A stretch of 64,000 nt of DNA from Bacillota bacterium. Lineage in GTDB: Bacteria; Bacillota; Sulfobacillia; Fermentithermobacillales; Fermentithermobacillaceae. Below, piece after piece: positions 46,993 to 56,020 of this stretch; position 1 is the first letter of the stretch; every line of letters starts with the position of its first letter. The stretch covers positions 303 through 64,302 of the forward strand of contig JAXGOJ010000003.1 in the NCBI GenBank assembly GCA_040767525.1, in the 5' to 3' direction. The translations under genes were made by a program, and so were the position numbers. Below the pieces are notes generated by a model. It saw nothing but the letters and a program-made list of their open reading frames with translations, had not been told where the DNA came from and searched no databases.

Positions 46993-48216
46993 CTACTTGG
47001 TCTCAATGCTCTTCATTACCATACCGGTTGTCCTCAGGCTTGCCTTGACTTTCACATGGACTTCTACGGTAGGGAACATTTCATCCCACTGATCTTTTAG
47101 TTTTGCCCATTCCTTGGGCTTCCGCCTGAATATGTTCTGCCCGAAACCAATTGCATCGGCCCCTATTTGCTGTAGTTTGGCAGCTGTATGCATGACTTCA
47201 TCTTTAATCGCTTTTTCCAGGCCTTTTTCTAATTGTGTCCAGATTTCCGGTTGCTGGACCAGATCTACAGGCTCCTGAACGCAGCCAAGGTTTCCCACTG
47301 TGTCTATCTCGACGTTTGCCCGTATCTTGCCTTCTTGAACCTCTACTTTGAACTTGCTGCTTGATCTCAGGATTTCGACCGTGGCTAATTTGTCTTCAAA
47401 CCCGGGCTGTGGGAACACAACCTGGGCGCCTTTGACTTTGCCCAACACCCAATTCAGGCCCCTGGTTTCCAGGTCATCGAGCCAGCCTACCAGGTAATTT
47501 CCTTTGAAGATTGCTGTGCCTCCCAGGCGCGCCGTTGATTTGATTTCTTTACGGGTTAGTTCACCTTCAATCGAAATATCCGGCTCAAGACGAGTTAACT
47601 CTGCGCCTAGCGCAATGGGCTCTATTCCCTCACTTTCAACTCTATCTTGAAATTCTCTTAGTGTAATTTCGGGAATAGTACCCCGGGTACTATGAAGATA
47701 CAGCATGATTTTCTGTGCCGATTCAGACGGCATGGCCGTATCGGAAAATTCGGCTTGGAGAAGGTCTCTCGCAGTGGCACCTTTTGCTACAACAATTTGC
47801 GCTGTCAACCGGGGTTCCGAGTTTCTGGACAAAAAATCAATGACGGGTAGAATCCCAATTTCTCTGAGCAGACTTTCCCCGAAGAGGTAGAACCTGTTAT
47901 GTGGTAAGTATGGACGTTTAGGCGAGATGGACCCCAGGTTTCTAAAGGCATCAAGAACCGTGTCACCTTCCGCGCTTGATACCCAAAAGGGCTTTTCCTG
48001 ACTTGCTTTTTGATCGCCTCCTCCCAGGGCTCCTGGTTTGGCAAAATGTGCTGTGACTTGTAACTTGCCAGAGGGCAAGCTGTCTATGCCAAGGGCCATG
48101 ACGAATCCCAGGGTTTCGATTTCTCTGCGGCTCCAGCAGCCTGAGGCAATAGCAAGCATTAGTGAAATTGCTGTAAGGTATGTAGTAATGTACGCAAGAG
48201 ATCTATTTGCTCTCAT
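46993..48216 (-). CDS. Spore germinant receptor subunit C (GerAC/Ger(x)C lipoprotein family)
   Basis: 407 aa. The lipobox is LAIASGCW, followed by the typical SRREIETLGFVMALGID start. It overlaps the upstream B subunit. Confidence 0.85.
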   Translation of the reverse strand: MRANRSLAYITTYLTAISLMLAIASGCWSRREIETLGFVMALGIDSLPSGKLQVTAHFAKPGALGGGDQKASQEKPFWVSSAEGDTVLDAFRNLGSISPKRPYLPHNRFYLFGESLLREIGILPVIDFLSRNSEPRLTAQIVVAKGATARDLLQAEFSDTAMPSESAQKIMLYLHSTRGTIPEITLREFQDRVESEGIEPIALGAELTRLEPDISIEGELTRKEIKSTARLGGTAIFKGNYLVGWLDDLETRGLNWVLGKVKGAQVVFPQPGFEDKLATVEILRSSSKFKVEVQEGKIRANVEIDTVGNLGCVQEPVDLVQQPEIWTQLEKGLEKAIKDEVMHTAAKLQQIGADAIGFGQNIFRRKPKEWAKLKDQWDEMFPTVEVHVKVKASLRTTGMVMKSIETK

Positions 48217-49345
48217 TTGGACGTTTCTCCGTAGTCATGGTGTGTTTGTCCACACCCGGTTTTGAAATGCTGCTGAAAACGAAGCCGAGATATAGAACTG
48301 TTGAAATGCCCAGGATGAGCACAGGGACATATACGGGCAAAGTGTTCTGAATAAACTGGGTTTGCTCAACGTAGTTTTTGAAAAACAGCATGCTGAATAA
48401 CGCAACCAGGGCTCCTACCGGATAGGCCAGGGGTTTAAACCGCCTCAGCCCGAAGGCCTGGGCGAGGCCTATGACTGCAGCCCAGATGAAAACCGCAATC
48501 TTAACCAGAGCATTTAGCACCCATATGGTCACCGGGATGGTTTCGATTCTTTCAAGAAACTGTCCTATGGAAATCTGCCTGGCCAGTATGAAACCAGGAA
48601 CTCCTGATGTGGTGGCCTGTGAGCCGAAGACAGCTGCAAGAGATACAGCATGCCCTGCCATGATAATCCCGCTGAGAAGGACGGCATACCTCGTATAACG
48701 CAAAGCCTCTTTTCTGTTGTGAAGACAAGGTATTATCATTCCCACGACACTGAGCCTCAGGTATAGGGCTATGACGATGAGTGCTCTCTTGAGGTGAGGG
48801 CCAAAACCATAGGGCAATACGGGTAAGAGATTTCCAAAACGCATAGCTGAATACGGCAATACCAGGACCAAGGTAGACGCAAGGACCGCCATGGCAATCA
48901 GTTCGCTCCACCGGCCGATAACTTCAATGCCGTTTCGAGCCGCGTTTGCGGCAAGGGTTAAAGATACGACTATGAATACCATAACCGGAGTTTGGGGCAT
49001 GAAGTTTGCAGCAATCGCATCTGACAGGGATCTTGTTGTTAATGCCGCATCCGAAATCCAAAACCATATAAGCAATAACGCGACGATTTTCCCGAGGAAT
49101 TTCCCCAGAACAACCTGGCTATATTGAATAACTGTCATGTTAGGAAACTTCAGACTTAGCCTGACAATCAATTCCAGAAGAACAAAGGATACAACAACAC
49201 CGATGGCCACGCCAATCCAGGCGTCTGTAGGAGATTCATTCCCTGTCATGAACGGAAAGGCAATAGTAGTGGCAGTCATGCGTACCAGAAACAGCAAACA
49301 CATGTTTTGGAATGACGATATTCTGCCTTGGTCCATTTGATGCAT
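48203..49345 (-). CDS. Spore germinant receptor subunit B (GerAB, APC-superfamily permease-like)
   Basis: 380 aa and polytopic. The N-terminal RISSFQ motif is typical of GerAB/spore germination permeases. Confidence 0.85.
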   Translation of the reverse strand: MHQMDQGRISSFQNMCLLFLVRMTATTIAFPFMTGNESPTDAWIGVAIGVVVSFVLLELIVRLSLKFPNMTVIQYSQVVLGKFLGKIVALLLIWFWISDAALTTRSLSDAIAANFMPQTPVMVFIVVSLTLAANAARNGIEVIGRWSELIAMAVLASTLVLVLPYSAMRFGNLLPVLPYGFGPHLKRALIVIALYLRLSVVGMIIPCLHNRKEALRYTRYAVLLSGIIMAGHAVSLAAVFGSQATTSGVPGFILARQISIGQFLERIETIPVTIWVLNALVKIAVFIWAAVIGLAQAFGLRRFKPLAYPVGALVALFSMLFFKNYVEQTQFIQNTLPVYVPVLILGISTVLYLGFVFSSISKPGVDKHTMTTEKRPNESK

Positions 49346-49350
49346 TTGTC

Positions 49351-50952
49351 TTACCGGCCTCCTTCCAGGTGCTTTATCTCCTTCTCATCTGGAGGCGGTG
49401 CTTCCGGTATCTGCCCGGGAGCGCTTCTTCCGGCATCTTTGCCACCGGCAAATCTGGGCCGTTTATCCATGGCCCACCATGGTACCCGCAAAACAGTATC
49501 TTTATGCTCCTGGGCCACCAATGGTATAAGCGGTTCAGTGTAAGGGACACCAAAGGATCTGAGAGAGAGGACGTGTATTGCAATTGCTGAAAGGCCAGCC
49601 AATATGCCAAACAGGCCCAGGGTTGATGCAAAAAGCATTAGGGGAAATCTGAGAAGCCTTATTGCAATGCCCAGGCTAAACGCAGGCGTGGCAAAGGAAG
49701 ATATGCCTGTAAGAGCCACGACCACAACCATGGCCGGCGATACAAGCCCTGCCCTCATGGCAGCTTCACCTATGACCAAAGCTCCGATAATACTTACAGC
49801 TTGCCCTACGACTTTAGGTAACCGAAGCCCGGCTTCCCTCAGTATTTCAAAAACAACCTCCATAAGGGTTGCTTCGACCACTGCCGGAAACGGGATTTTC
49901 TCCCTTTGAGCGGCGATGCTGAGGATTAAGGGAGTGGGGAGCAGTTCCTGGTGGAACGTAGTGACGGCTATGTAAAGTGCCGGCAGAGTTAGGGATAAGA
50001 GGAAAGCCAGGTATCTCAAGACTCTGATAACAGTGCCCGCGTAAAATCGCTCGAAATAATCTTCGGGAGTTGTGAGAAACATTGTGAATGTGGCCGGAGC
50101 CACAAGGGCAAACGGAGAACCGTCAACAAGAATAGCAATTCTGCCTTCCAGAAGATTTCCTGTTACCCTGTCCGGACGTTCTGTCCTAAGGAGAGTAGGG
50201 AACGGAGATAAAGGTGCATCTTCGACCAGCTCTTCAAGTTGCCCACTTTCCTGAATAGAATCTACGCGTATCTGCGAAAGCCGTCTCCTGGCTTCTTCTG
50301 TGACCCGCGTATTGGAAATGCCTTCAATGTACAGGAGTGCTACAGGTGTTCTGGATACTGCTCCAATGGTGTATTGTTCAACTCTCAACCTTGGATTTCT
50401 AATTTTCCGCCTGAGCAGGCTTAAGTTTGTAGGCAAAGACTCTACGAAACCTTCTTTCGAGCCGCGGATAGTGGCTTCTGTGGTAGGCTCCGAAATGCTC
50501 CTTTGCTCATACCCCTGGGCCTGGCACACAATGGCTTTGGGAACTCCATTAACCATGATGCATGTCTTACCATCTGCTATTTCTCCTAAGAGTCTGTCAA
50601 AGTCATATTCCTCCTGTATTCCGGTTAATTCCAGATAGCGATCTCTGAGGCCTTTGTAGACCTCACTTGGGTCGTGCAAATCTACAGTCTTGTCCACGAC
50701 CCTCTTCATTATGGCACTGCTGACCATCTCAGCATCTACGAGTGCATCCAGGTGAGCGACTAATGCCGGGATTCGTCCTCCGTTGCCTATCTTTACAGAT
50801 CGAACTGCCAGGTCTGGACTGTTTCCAAAAGCCTTTCTTATCCTCTCCTCGTTAACATCGACCTTGGGTGATATTGGATTTTGACTACTGTCTTTTGGCC
50901 GTGTTATGCGCCTGGCCTTTCCGGTAAGCTTCCTGATGAGCCTTTTCAGCAT
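49351..50952 (-). CDS. Spore germinant receptor subunit A (GerAA/GerKA family)
   Basis: ATG 50952 gives MLKRLIRKL.... The sequence contains FGNSPDLAVR, SISEPTTEATIRGSKEGFVESL and a C-terminal membrane domain. The listed ORF over-extends by 27 codons. Confidence 0.85.
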   Translation of the reverse strand: MLKRLIRKLTGKARRITRPKDSSQNPISPKVDVNEERIRKAFGNSPDLAVRSVKIGNGGRIPALVAHLDALVDAEMVSSAIMKRVVDKTVDLHDPSEVYKGLRDRYLELTGIQEEYDFDRLLGEIADGKTCIMVNGVPKAIVCQAQGYEQRSISEPTTEATIRGSKEGFVESLPTNLSLLRRKIRNPRLRVEQYTIGAVSRTPVALLYIEGISNTRVTEEARRRLSQIRVDSIQESGQLEELVEDAPLSPFPTLLRTERPDRVTGNLLEGRIAILVDGSPFALVAPATFTMFLTTPEDYFERFYAGTVIRVLRYLAFLLSLTLPALYIAVTTFHQELLPTPLILSIAAQREKIPFPAVVEATLMEVVFEILREAGLRLPKVVGQAVSIIGALVIGEAAMRAGLVSPAMVVVVALTGISSFATPAFSLGIAIRLLRFPLMLFASTLGLFGILAGLSAIAIHVLSLRSFGVPYTEPLIPLVAQEHKDTVLRVPWWAMDKRPRFAGGKDAGRSAPGQIPEAPPPDEKEIKHLEGGR

Positions 50953-51140
50953 TGAGTTACCTCTGCTTTCCAAAGGGCTATGCCCGTTTTCTGAAACAGA
51001 ACGGCAGTGTTCTGCGCCGGGCATGTAAAACACTACATTGAAACCAACTTATGGATAGTAGTGTGACATTTGGGTGTTCTGTATACACAGACAAAAGTAT
51101 TTCAGAAGGAATCTAAGAAGCACCGATGGATCTACAAATT

Positions 51141-51177
51141 CGGACGTATCTACAAGGCCGGCTTGCAGATACGTCCG
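51141..51177 (-). terminator. Candidate terminator hairpin after the M20 peptidase gene (11-bp stem CGGACGTATCT / AGATACGTCCG)
   Basis: The stem was read directly. On the minus strand it is followed by AATTTGT. It lies 25 bp downstream of the stop at 51202. Confidence 0.45.
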
Positions 51178-51201
51178 GGAATATTGCGGCGGTTTGTGGC
51201 T

Positions 51202-52596
51202 CTAGCCTATTTCAGCCAGCCTGTCTATGAACTCAACAGCCATTTTGATTCCTGCCCTGTAATCTTCGAGCCTGATGTTCTCATTGGGACCGTGGTTTGA
51301 TGAACCCCAATATCCGACTCCAAAAGCTACCATGGGTAGGTCAAGGTACTTTCTAAAAGGATGCATAGGCCCAGAACCTCCCTGAGTAGGTGCGATAACC
51401 GCAGGTTTGCCGTATACTGAAACGGCAGCTTTTTTGGCAGCATCTACTACCGGTAGTTCAGCCTGGGTTTTTACAGGGTAATCCAGGCTTATTAGTTTAA
51501 CTTCGATATCTCCAAAACCCTGTTCATGGAGATGCTTTTTCAGTTTTCTCAGTATGTCTTCTGGGTCTTGCTCAGGTACCAGCCGGAAATCCATCTTAAC
51601 CAGAGCCCGGGCAGGGAGGACCGTTTTCTGTCCTTCCCCCAGGTAACCTGATTTGAAGCCGCATATGTTTGCAGTAGGGCTAAACAGTGAGCGTTTTCTG
51701 AGTTCTAAGCCATGCAGATCCAGAAGGTAGGCCTCAAGCCCAAGGGCCCTGGCGCTCTCTCTTGCCAGTCCTCTTGATTCTCCATCAGACAGGTTTGGAT
51801 TCTCCAGGCTGTCTTTGAGCAGCTCTATCTCTGTTTCAGTTGGGGGGAGAACGTCGTCGTAGAATCCTGGGATAAGGATGTGCTCATTCTCGTCCTTTAT
51901 TGTTGACAGGGCCCAAATAAGCCGCCATGCAGGGTTTGGTATGGTTGTTGCCGAGCCTGAGTGCATGTCTCTTGCCGCACCTTTTGCTATGAGCTCTACG
52001 TACAACATGCCCTTTACGCCAAGGTACATACCCGGCCTTCCATTTTGGCTCATGTAGCCCGACTCCCAAACGCCGTAGTCGGCCCTGAGCAGGCCTGCAT
52101 TCTCCTTGATGAATTGGCCAAGATGAGGGCTTCCTATTTCTTCTTCTCCTTCAATCAGGAATTTGACTGTCAGGGGAAGCTCGCCTCTGAGTTTAAGTAT
52201 GGTACCTACCGCCTGGATCCGTGCACAGGCATTGCCTTTGTTATCCGAGACTCCGCGAGCATAGATTTTGCCGTCTCTTATGTCTCCGTCAAAGGGGTCA
52301 GATTCCCATTCATCCAGAGGATCAGGTGGCTGCACGTCGTAATGGTCATAGAAAAGCAAGGTTTTATTTGATCTGCCTTTGACTTCTCCGTAAACACATG
52401 GATAGCCGCCCTCAGTCGGAATGAGCCTGGCCTTTATTCCGTAGCTTTCCATGAGTGTTTTGAAATGTTCAGCAGCTTCATTCATTCCGATGTTCTGTGC
52501 GGCAATGCTGGGCTTTCTGACGGCTTCTTGTAATTCGGAAACAAACCCGTCGAAATTTCGGCCTATGTAAGCCATTTCCTTTTTCTCAGTGCTCAA
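51202..52596 (-). CDS. M20-family metallopeptidase (dipeptidase, ArgE/DapE/CPG2-like)
   Basis: 464 aa with LLFYDHYDVQP, DGKIYARGVSDNKG and GEEEIGS motifs. Confidence 0.85.
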   Translation of the reverse strand: MSTEKKEMAYIGRNFDGFVSELQEAVRKPSIAAQNIGMNEAAEHFKTLMESYGIKARLIPTEGGYPCVYGEVKGRSNKTLLFYDHYDVQPPDPLDEWESDPFDGDIRDGKIYARGVSDNKGNACARIQAVGTILKLRGELPLTVKFLIEGEEEIGSPHLGQFIKENAGLLRADYGVWESGYMSQNGRPGMYLGVKGMLYVELIAKGAARDMHSGSATTIPNPAWRLIWALSTIKDENEHILIPGFYDDVLPPTETEIELLKDSLENPNLSDGESRGLARESARALGLEAYLLDLHGLELRKRSLFSPTANICGFKSGYLGEGQKTVLPARALVKMDFRLVPEQDPEDILRKLKKHLHEQGFGDIEVKLISLDYPVKTQAELPVVDAAKKAAVSVYGKPAVIAPTQGGSGPMHPFRKYLDLPMVAFGVGYWGSSNHGPNENIRLEDYRAGIKMAVEFIDRLAEIG

Positions 52597-52822
52597 CTAA
52601 TCTACCTCCTTAGACTTGGGCTGTATCAAGCATTGATTTATGTGCAGTAATCAGCATGTTTTATGCTTTCGGCAAACTATCTTCCAATATGTGTTTTCGT
52701 CACAGGTTTACATTAACCTTGTTTCCAGGCGACTCTAAACTCATCTTTTCTTGGCAAGGTTAATTTGATACCATTTGGAATGATTCCGGGAGTTGGGCGG
52801 CCAACATCCGGAGGAAAGGTGG

Positions 52823-53740
52823 ATGGTTATGGGAGCACCGGGTTTTCCGCATGACGTTAACCTGTTTGACGCTGTAATCTGGCTCAACGCAGGGACTGTG
52901 GCTGTCAGAGTGGGGGCAGTGATTGTCTTTGGTTTGATAGTAGTCAGGGTTGGCAATTCCTTGATAAACAGGTTATTCTCACATTCAAAAGGCCGGGTTC
53001 CCGGTCTGGAGTTGGATGAAACAAGAGCTAAGACCCTTGCAGGCCTGTTGCGAAGTGCCCTCAGGTACATAACAGGCATTGTAGCGATCCTTATGATTCT
53101 TGACCTTGTGGGCATTGATACTAAGGCCCTCCTAGGAGGGGCCGCGGTATTGGGCCTGGCAGTTGGCTTTGGTGCCCAGAACCTTGTACGCGACATTATC
53201 ACAGGATTCTTTATTATCTATGAGCGCCAGTATGACGTTGGAGATTATGTGGCAATAGCAGGGGTATCCGGGATTGTGGAGCAGATTGGGCTTAGAACTA
53301 CAGTGCTGCGTGATTGGTCAGGAGATGTTCATACAGTCCCAAACGGATTAGTAGACAAGACTACTAACAGCAGCAGAAGGGGTTCCCGGGCTATTGTAGA
53401 AGTGCCTGTAGCGTATACAGAAGATTTACGGCAGGTTATTGGCCTGATGCAAAAAGCCTGTGACGACGTGGCCAGGGAGATGCCTGTTATTCTTGAAGGG
53501 CCCAAGGTCATGGGTATTAAGCAGTTAGGTGACTCAGGGGCTGTGATACTTGTTTGGGCAAGGACTGAGCCTCTCAGTCAATGGAATGTGGAAAGGGAGC
53601 TTCGCCTCAGGCTCAAAGAAGCCCTTGACAAAGGCGGAATAGAGATTCCTTACCCGAGGCTTGTTGTTTATAACAGGGAAGAAGACGTAAGAGACAATGG
53701 GCATGAGCCGGCCAAAGGTGAAACGCCGGGACGGTCCTAA
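52823..53740 (+). CDS. Small-conductance mechanosensitive channel (MscS family)
   Basis: ATG 52823 lies 8 nt after GGAGG. The TM3/beta-domain signature is GGAAVLGLAVGFGAQNLVRDIITGFFIIYERQYDVGDYV. The last six codons and the stop lie inside palindrome copy 3. Confidence 0.85.
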   Translation: MVMGAPGFPHDVNLFDAVIWLNAGTVAVRVGAVIVFGLIVVRVGNSLINRLFSHSKGRVPGLELDETRAKTLAGLLRSALRYITGIVAILMILDLVGIDTKALLGGAAVLGLAVGFGAQNLVRDIITGFFIIYERQYDVGDYVAIAGVSGIVEQIGLRTTVLRDWSGDVHTVPNGLVDKTTNSSRRGSRAIVEVPVAYTEDLRQVIGLMQKACDDVAREMPVILEGPKVMGIKQLGDSGAVILVWARTEPLSQWNVERELRLRLKEALDKGGIEIPYPRLVVYNREEDVRDNGHEPAKGETPGRS

Positions 53741-53774
53741 CGTTTCAGGCTAGGCATAAGCCGGCCAAAGGTGA
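53701..53774. repeat. 21-bp direct repeat GCAT(G/A)AGCCGGCCAAAGGTGA (53701..53721 and 53754..53774) bracketing palindrome copy 3
   Basis: Read directly: 20/21 identical with 53-bp periodicity. Confidence 0.9.
53719..53747. repeat. 29-bp concentric palindrome, copy 3 (reverse complement of copy 1, 29/29)
   Basis: TGAAACGCCGGGACGGTCCTAACGTTTCA is read directly and contains the mscS stop codon TAA (53738..53740). Confidence 0.9.
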
Positions 53775-53887
53775 TGTTGGGGGCGCCTGGTAACGGCACA
53801 ATCAAGAAAATGAAGAAGATCAGACGGTTACTGGGATTCGTCTGATCTTCAAGCCTGAGATTCTCGGCTATCAAGGTAAGGCGGGTC

Positions 53888-54109
53888 TTAACCCTTGCAG
53901 ACCAGATTTTCCCGGGTGTCTCTGGTTGGGCAATCCTGATCGCAGAATTCCCAATCAGGGCATGCGCCATTGTTGATAGTCAGGCAGTTGGTGAAAATGA
54001 CATAAACCACCTTACCCGGGCAGCAGCATTCCTCGTTTGGACGGCATCCTCCTTCCAGTGGCCTATCCGCTATCTCAAGGGCCGCTTTAAGCAGATTCTT
54101 ATCTACCAT
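53888..54109 (-). CDS. Hypothetical Cys-rich small protein (73 aa, 9 Cys)
   Basis: ATG follows GGGAGGTG. The sequence is MVDKNLLKAALEIADRPLEGG-CRPNEECCCPGKVVYVIFTNCLTINNGACPDWEFCDQDCPTRDTRENLVCKG. No family was recognised. Confidence 0.5.
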   Translation of the reverse strand: MVDKNLLKAALEIADRPLEGGCRPNEECCCPGKVVYVIFTNCLTINNGACPDWEFCDQDCPTRDTRENLVCKG

Positions 54110-54264
54110 GGTTTCACCTCCCGCAGGGATTAGGAATCGTTACATAATATGTGGCGAGAGGTAAGTGGTTACAGCAACCCGCGATCTGCAATCAGCTGTA
54201 ATACTTGATACCAGACCCTCTTGCTGATTGAAGGCACAGCTCCTTCATAGCAGCATTTTATTGC

Positions 54265-54930
54265 CTAGTAGCCCAAATCTTCGTTGACCACCACGACGAC
54301 GAACCTCTCCTTAGCCGTAGGAGGTGCTTCGATAATGGTTGTAACTCTGCAACCCAGTTTTATACCCGGGGAAGAAGAATAGCCGGTAATGTTCTGGCAG
54401 GGCATGGCAGCGCCAAGTCTCCGGGCATTAACAGGTGCGGCGTATTGACGGATGCGGGCAAAGGCTTCATCGAGATTACCTACTATTTTATTTACTCCGC
54501 AGACCACTATTGTGATTTTAGGCCCGAAGATCATTGAACTGACTCTGTTGCCGGAACCGTCAGCATTTACAAGGGTTCCATCAAGACAGACCGCGTTGGT
54601 TCCAGATAAAAAGACATCTGCCAAAACCTGCTTGTTTCTGGCTTCACGCTTCTCAGGCTGGGTTAGTGCCTCGTCCCAGTGATCATACACGGTATAGCCT
54701 TTTTCCTTCAAAATTCCCGGGATACCAAGATCTCGCAAGGTCACTGAACCGCCTATACCTACAGAGGCTCCATTGGGGATTTCCCCCAGGATCCGGTCAG
54801 TTGCTTCTTGTCTGTCCTGGGCGTAATAGGCAATGAATCCTTTGGCCTTTAGAGATTCAATGCATTCAGCGGCAAGTTTCTGGTTGAACCAATGTTTGGG
54901 TTGGTACAAAGGATTAATCTGTGTTCCCAT
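54265..54930 (-). CDS. LUD-domain (lactate utilisation protein C-like, DUF162) protein
   Basis: 221 aa. The segments GASVGIGGSVTL, FLSGTNAVCLDGTLVNADGSGNRV and IVVCGVNKIV are typical of the LUD/YkgG family. Confidence 0.7.
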   Translation of the reverse strand: MGTQINPLYQPKHWFNQKLAAECIESLKAKGFIAYYAQDRQEATDRILGEIPNGASVGIGGSVTLRDLGIPGILKEKGYTVYDHWDEALTQPEKREARNKQVLADVFLSGTNAVCLDGTLVNADGSGNRVSSMIFGPKITIVVCGVNKIVGNLDEAFARIRQYAAPVNARRLGAAMPCQNITGYSSSPGIKLGCRVTTIIEAPPTAKERFVVVVVNEDLGY

Positions 54931-55091
54931 ACAATATACCGCCTCATTTCACATTTCAGTCAATCTTTTGATTTACTACGAACCTGGCTTCTTGCTCAGT
55001 ATCTACAACTTCTACAACCGGCAGGGGACACGGGTATCCGTGCCCCTGCATTGTCACCTTTGACCAAGGTCTGCTGGAAAATATGGAAGAA

Positions 55092-55946
55092 TCACTGTAG
55101 ATTCAGATAATCTGATATATTTGCCTTTTCGGCTTTCACAGGCTTTATTTTGCCCTTAAGAGATGTGATTAGTGATGTTACCCCTGGGCCGTGGCCTGAC
55201 ACAAAGGAGTTACCGTGGACAACTATTCCGATAATGACCGCGCCGCGTCTGTAGCTTCTCCCGTAGTACGATGATGAATCCATAATGGCCACTATGTCAC
55301 CGAGCCTGATCTTGTCCAGGCCCAGTTCCTCAAGCCTATCTTTTTCCATGGAGGTAATGTCATAGTCACCTGATTCTGCCGAAGATGCACCTAGCCCGCT
55401 TCCCATGAATTCAGGTGGTATCATGGCTGATACGGGAACCTCAAGAACCCCGTCTTTTTCAACAATGCCCATCTTGTTTACTAGTTCAGGATCCAGGTTC
55501 ATGCATTTTACGTCAGGATAATCAGTGAGCTCAAGGCCCTGCCCCACGGATCTCACCTGAATTTTGTCGCCTATTTGGAGTTTTTCCAGAATGTCATTTT
55601 CGAAGTGGATAATCACATGCTCGATGCCGCCATGCTTGCCGGTAACAGTGCCTTTTGCCCCCTTTGCATCTCCTGAAATCACGTAAGCCGTGTTGCCAAT
55701 ACAAGACAAGGTATTGTAACCGCGGTTTGGTCCTTCTTCCTTGTGTTTTGTACTTACCCCCGGTTCGATGTGGTCGCCGGCCCAGCCAAAAGCAGGATCT
55801 CCGACCTTTACGTTGTAAGAGATTCCACCTGTTCCAGGTGTTACCCTAATGCGCCCATCATAGCACATCCTTGGACGGGCTACCGGCGATGATATTTCAC
55901 CCATGACTGATAAAACGACAAGGCGGTCTTTGTTTGTTCTTATCAC
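55092..55946 (-). CDS. Conserved hypothetical protein, probably the DUF4438 family
   Basis: Intact 284-aa ORF. The family assignment is from memory of similar ~290-aa Firmicute/Thermotogae proteins and is unverified. Confidence 0.4.
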   Translation of the reverse strand: MIRTNKDRLVVLSVMGEISSPVARPRMCYDGRIRVTPGTGGISYNVKVGDPAFGWAGDHIEPGVSTKHKEEGPNRGYNTLSCIGNTAYVISGDAKGAKGTVTGKHGGIEHVIIHFENDILEKLQIGDKIQVRSVGQGLELTDYPDVKCMNLDPELVNKMGIVEKDGVLEVPVSAMIPPEFMGSGLGASSAESGDYDITSMEKDRLEELGLDKIRLGDIVAIMDSSSYYGRSYRRGAVIIGIVVHGNSFVSGHGPGVTSLITSLKGKIKPVKAEKANISDYLNLQ

Positions 55947-56020
55947 TTCTGAACCCTCCTGTTTCTTGTTGTACTACACACCCAATAGAGTCTCGACTCA
56001 CTCAATTTACATGAATGCTC

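Noticed and set aside
50953-51100. Possible forespore sigma-G promoter upstream of the ger operon (GTATA-N18-CACTACTA), and a sigma-E-like CATAAACT upstream of cotJA (about 23570).
   Set aside because: The -10 matches are imperfect, and I cannot score them without a matrix. They are biologically expected but not supported well enough to annotate.
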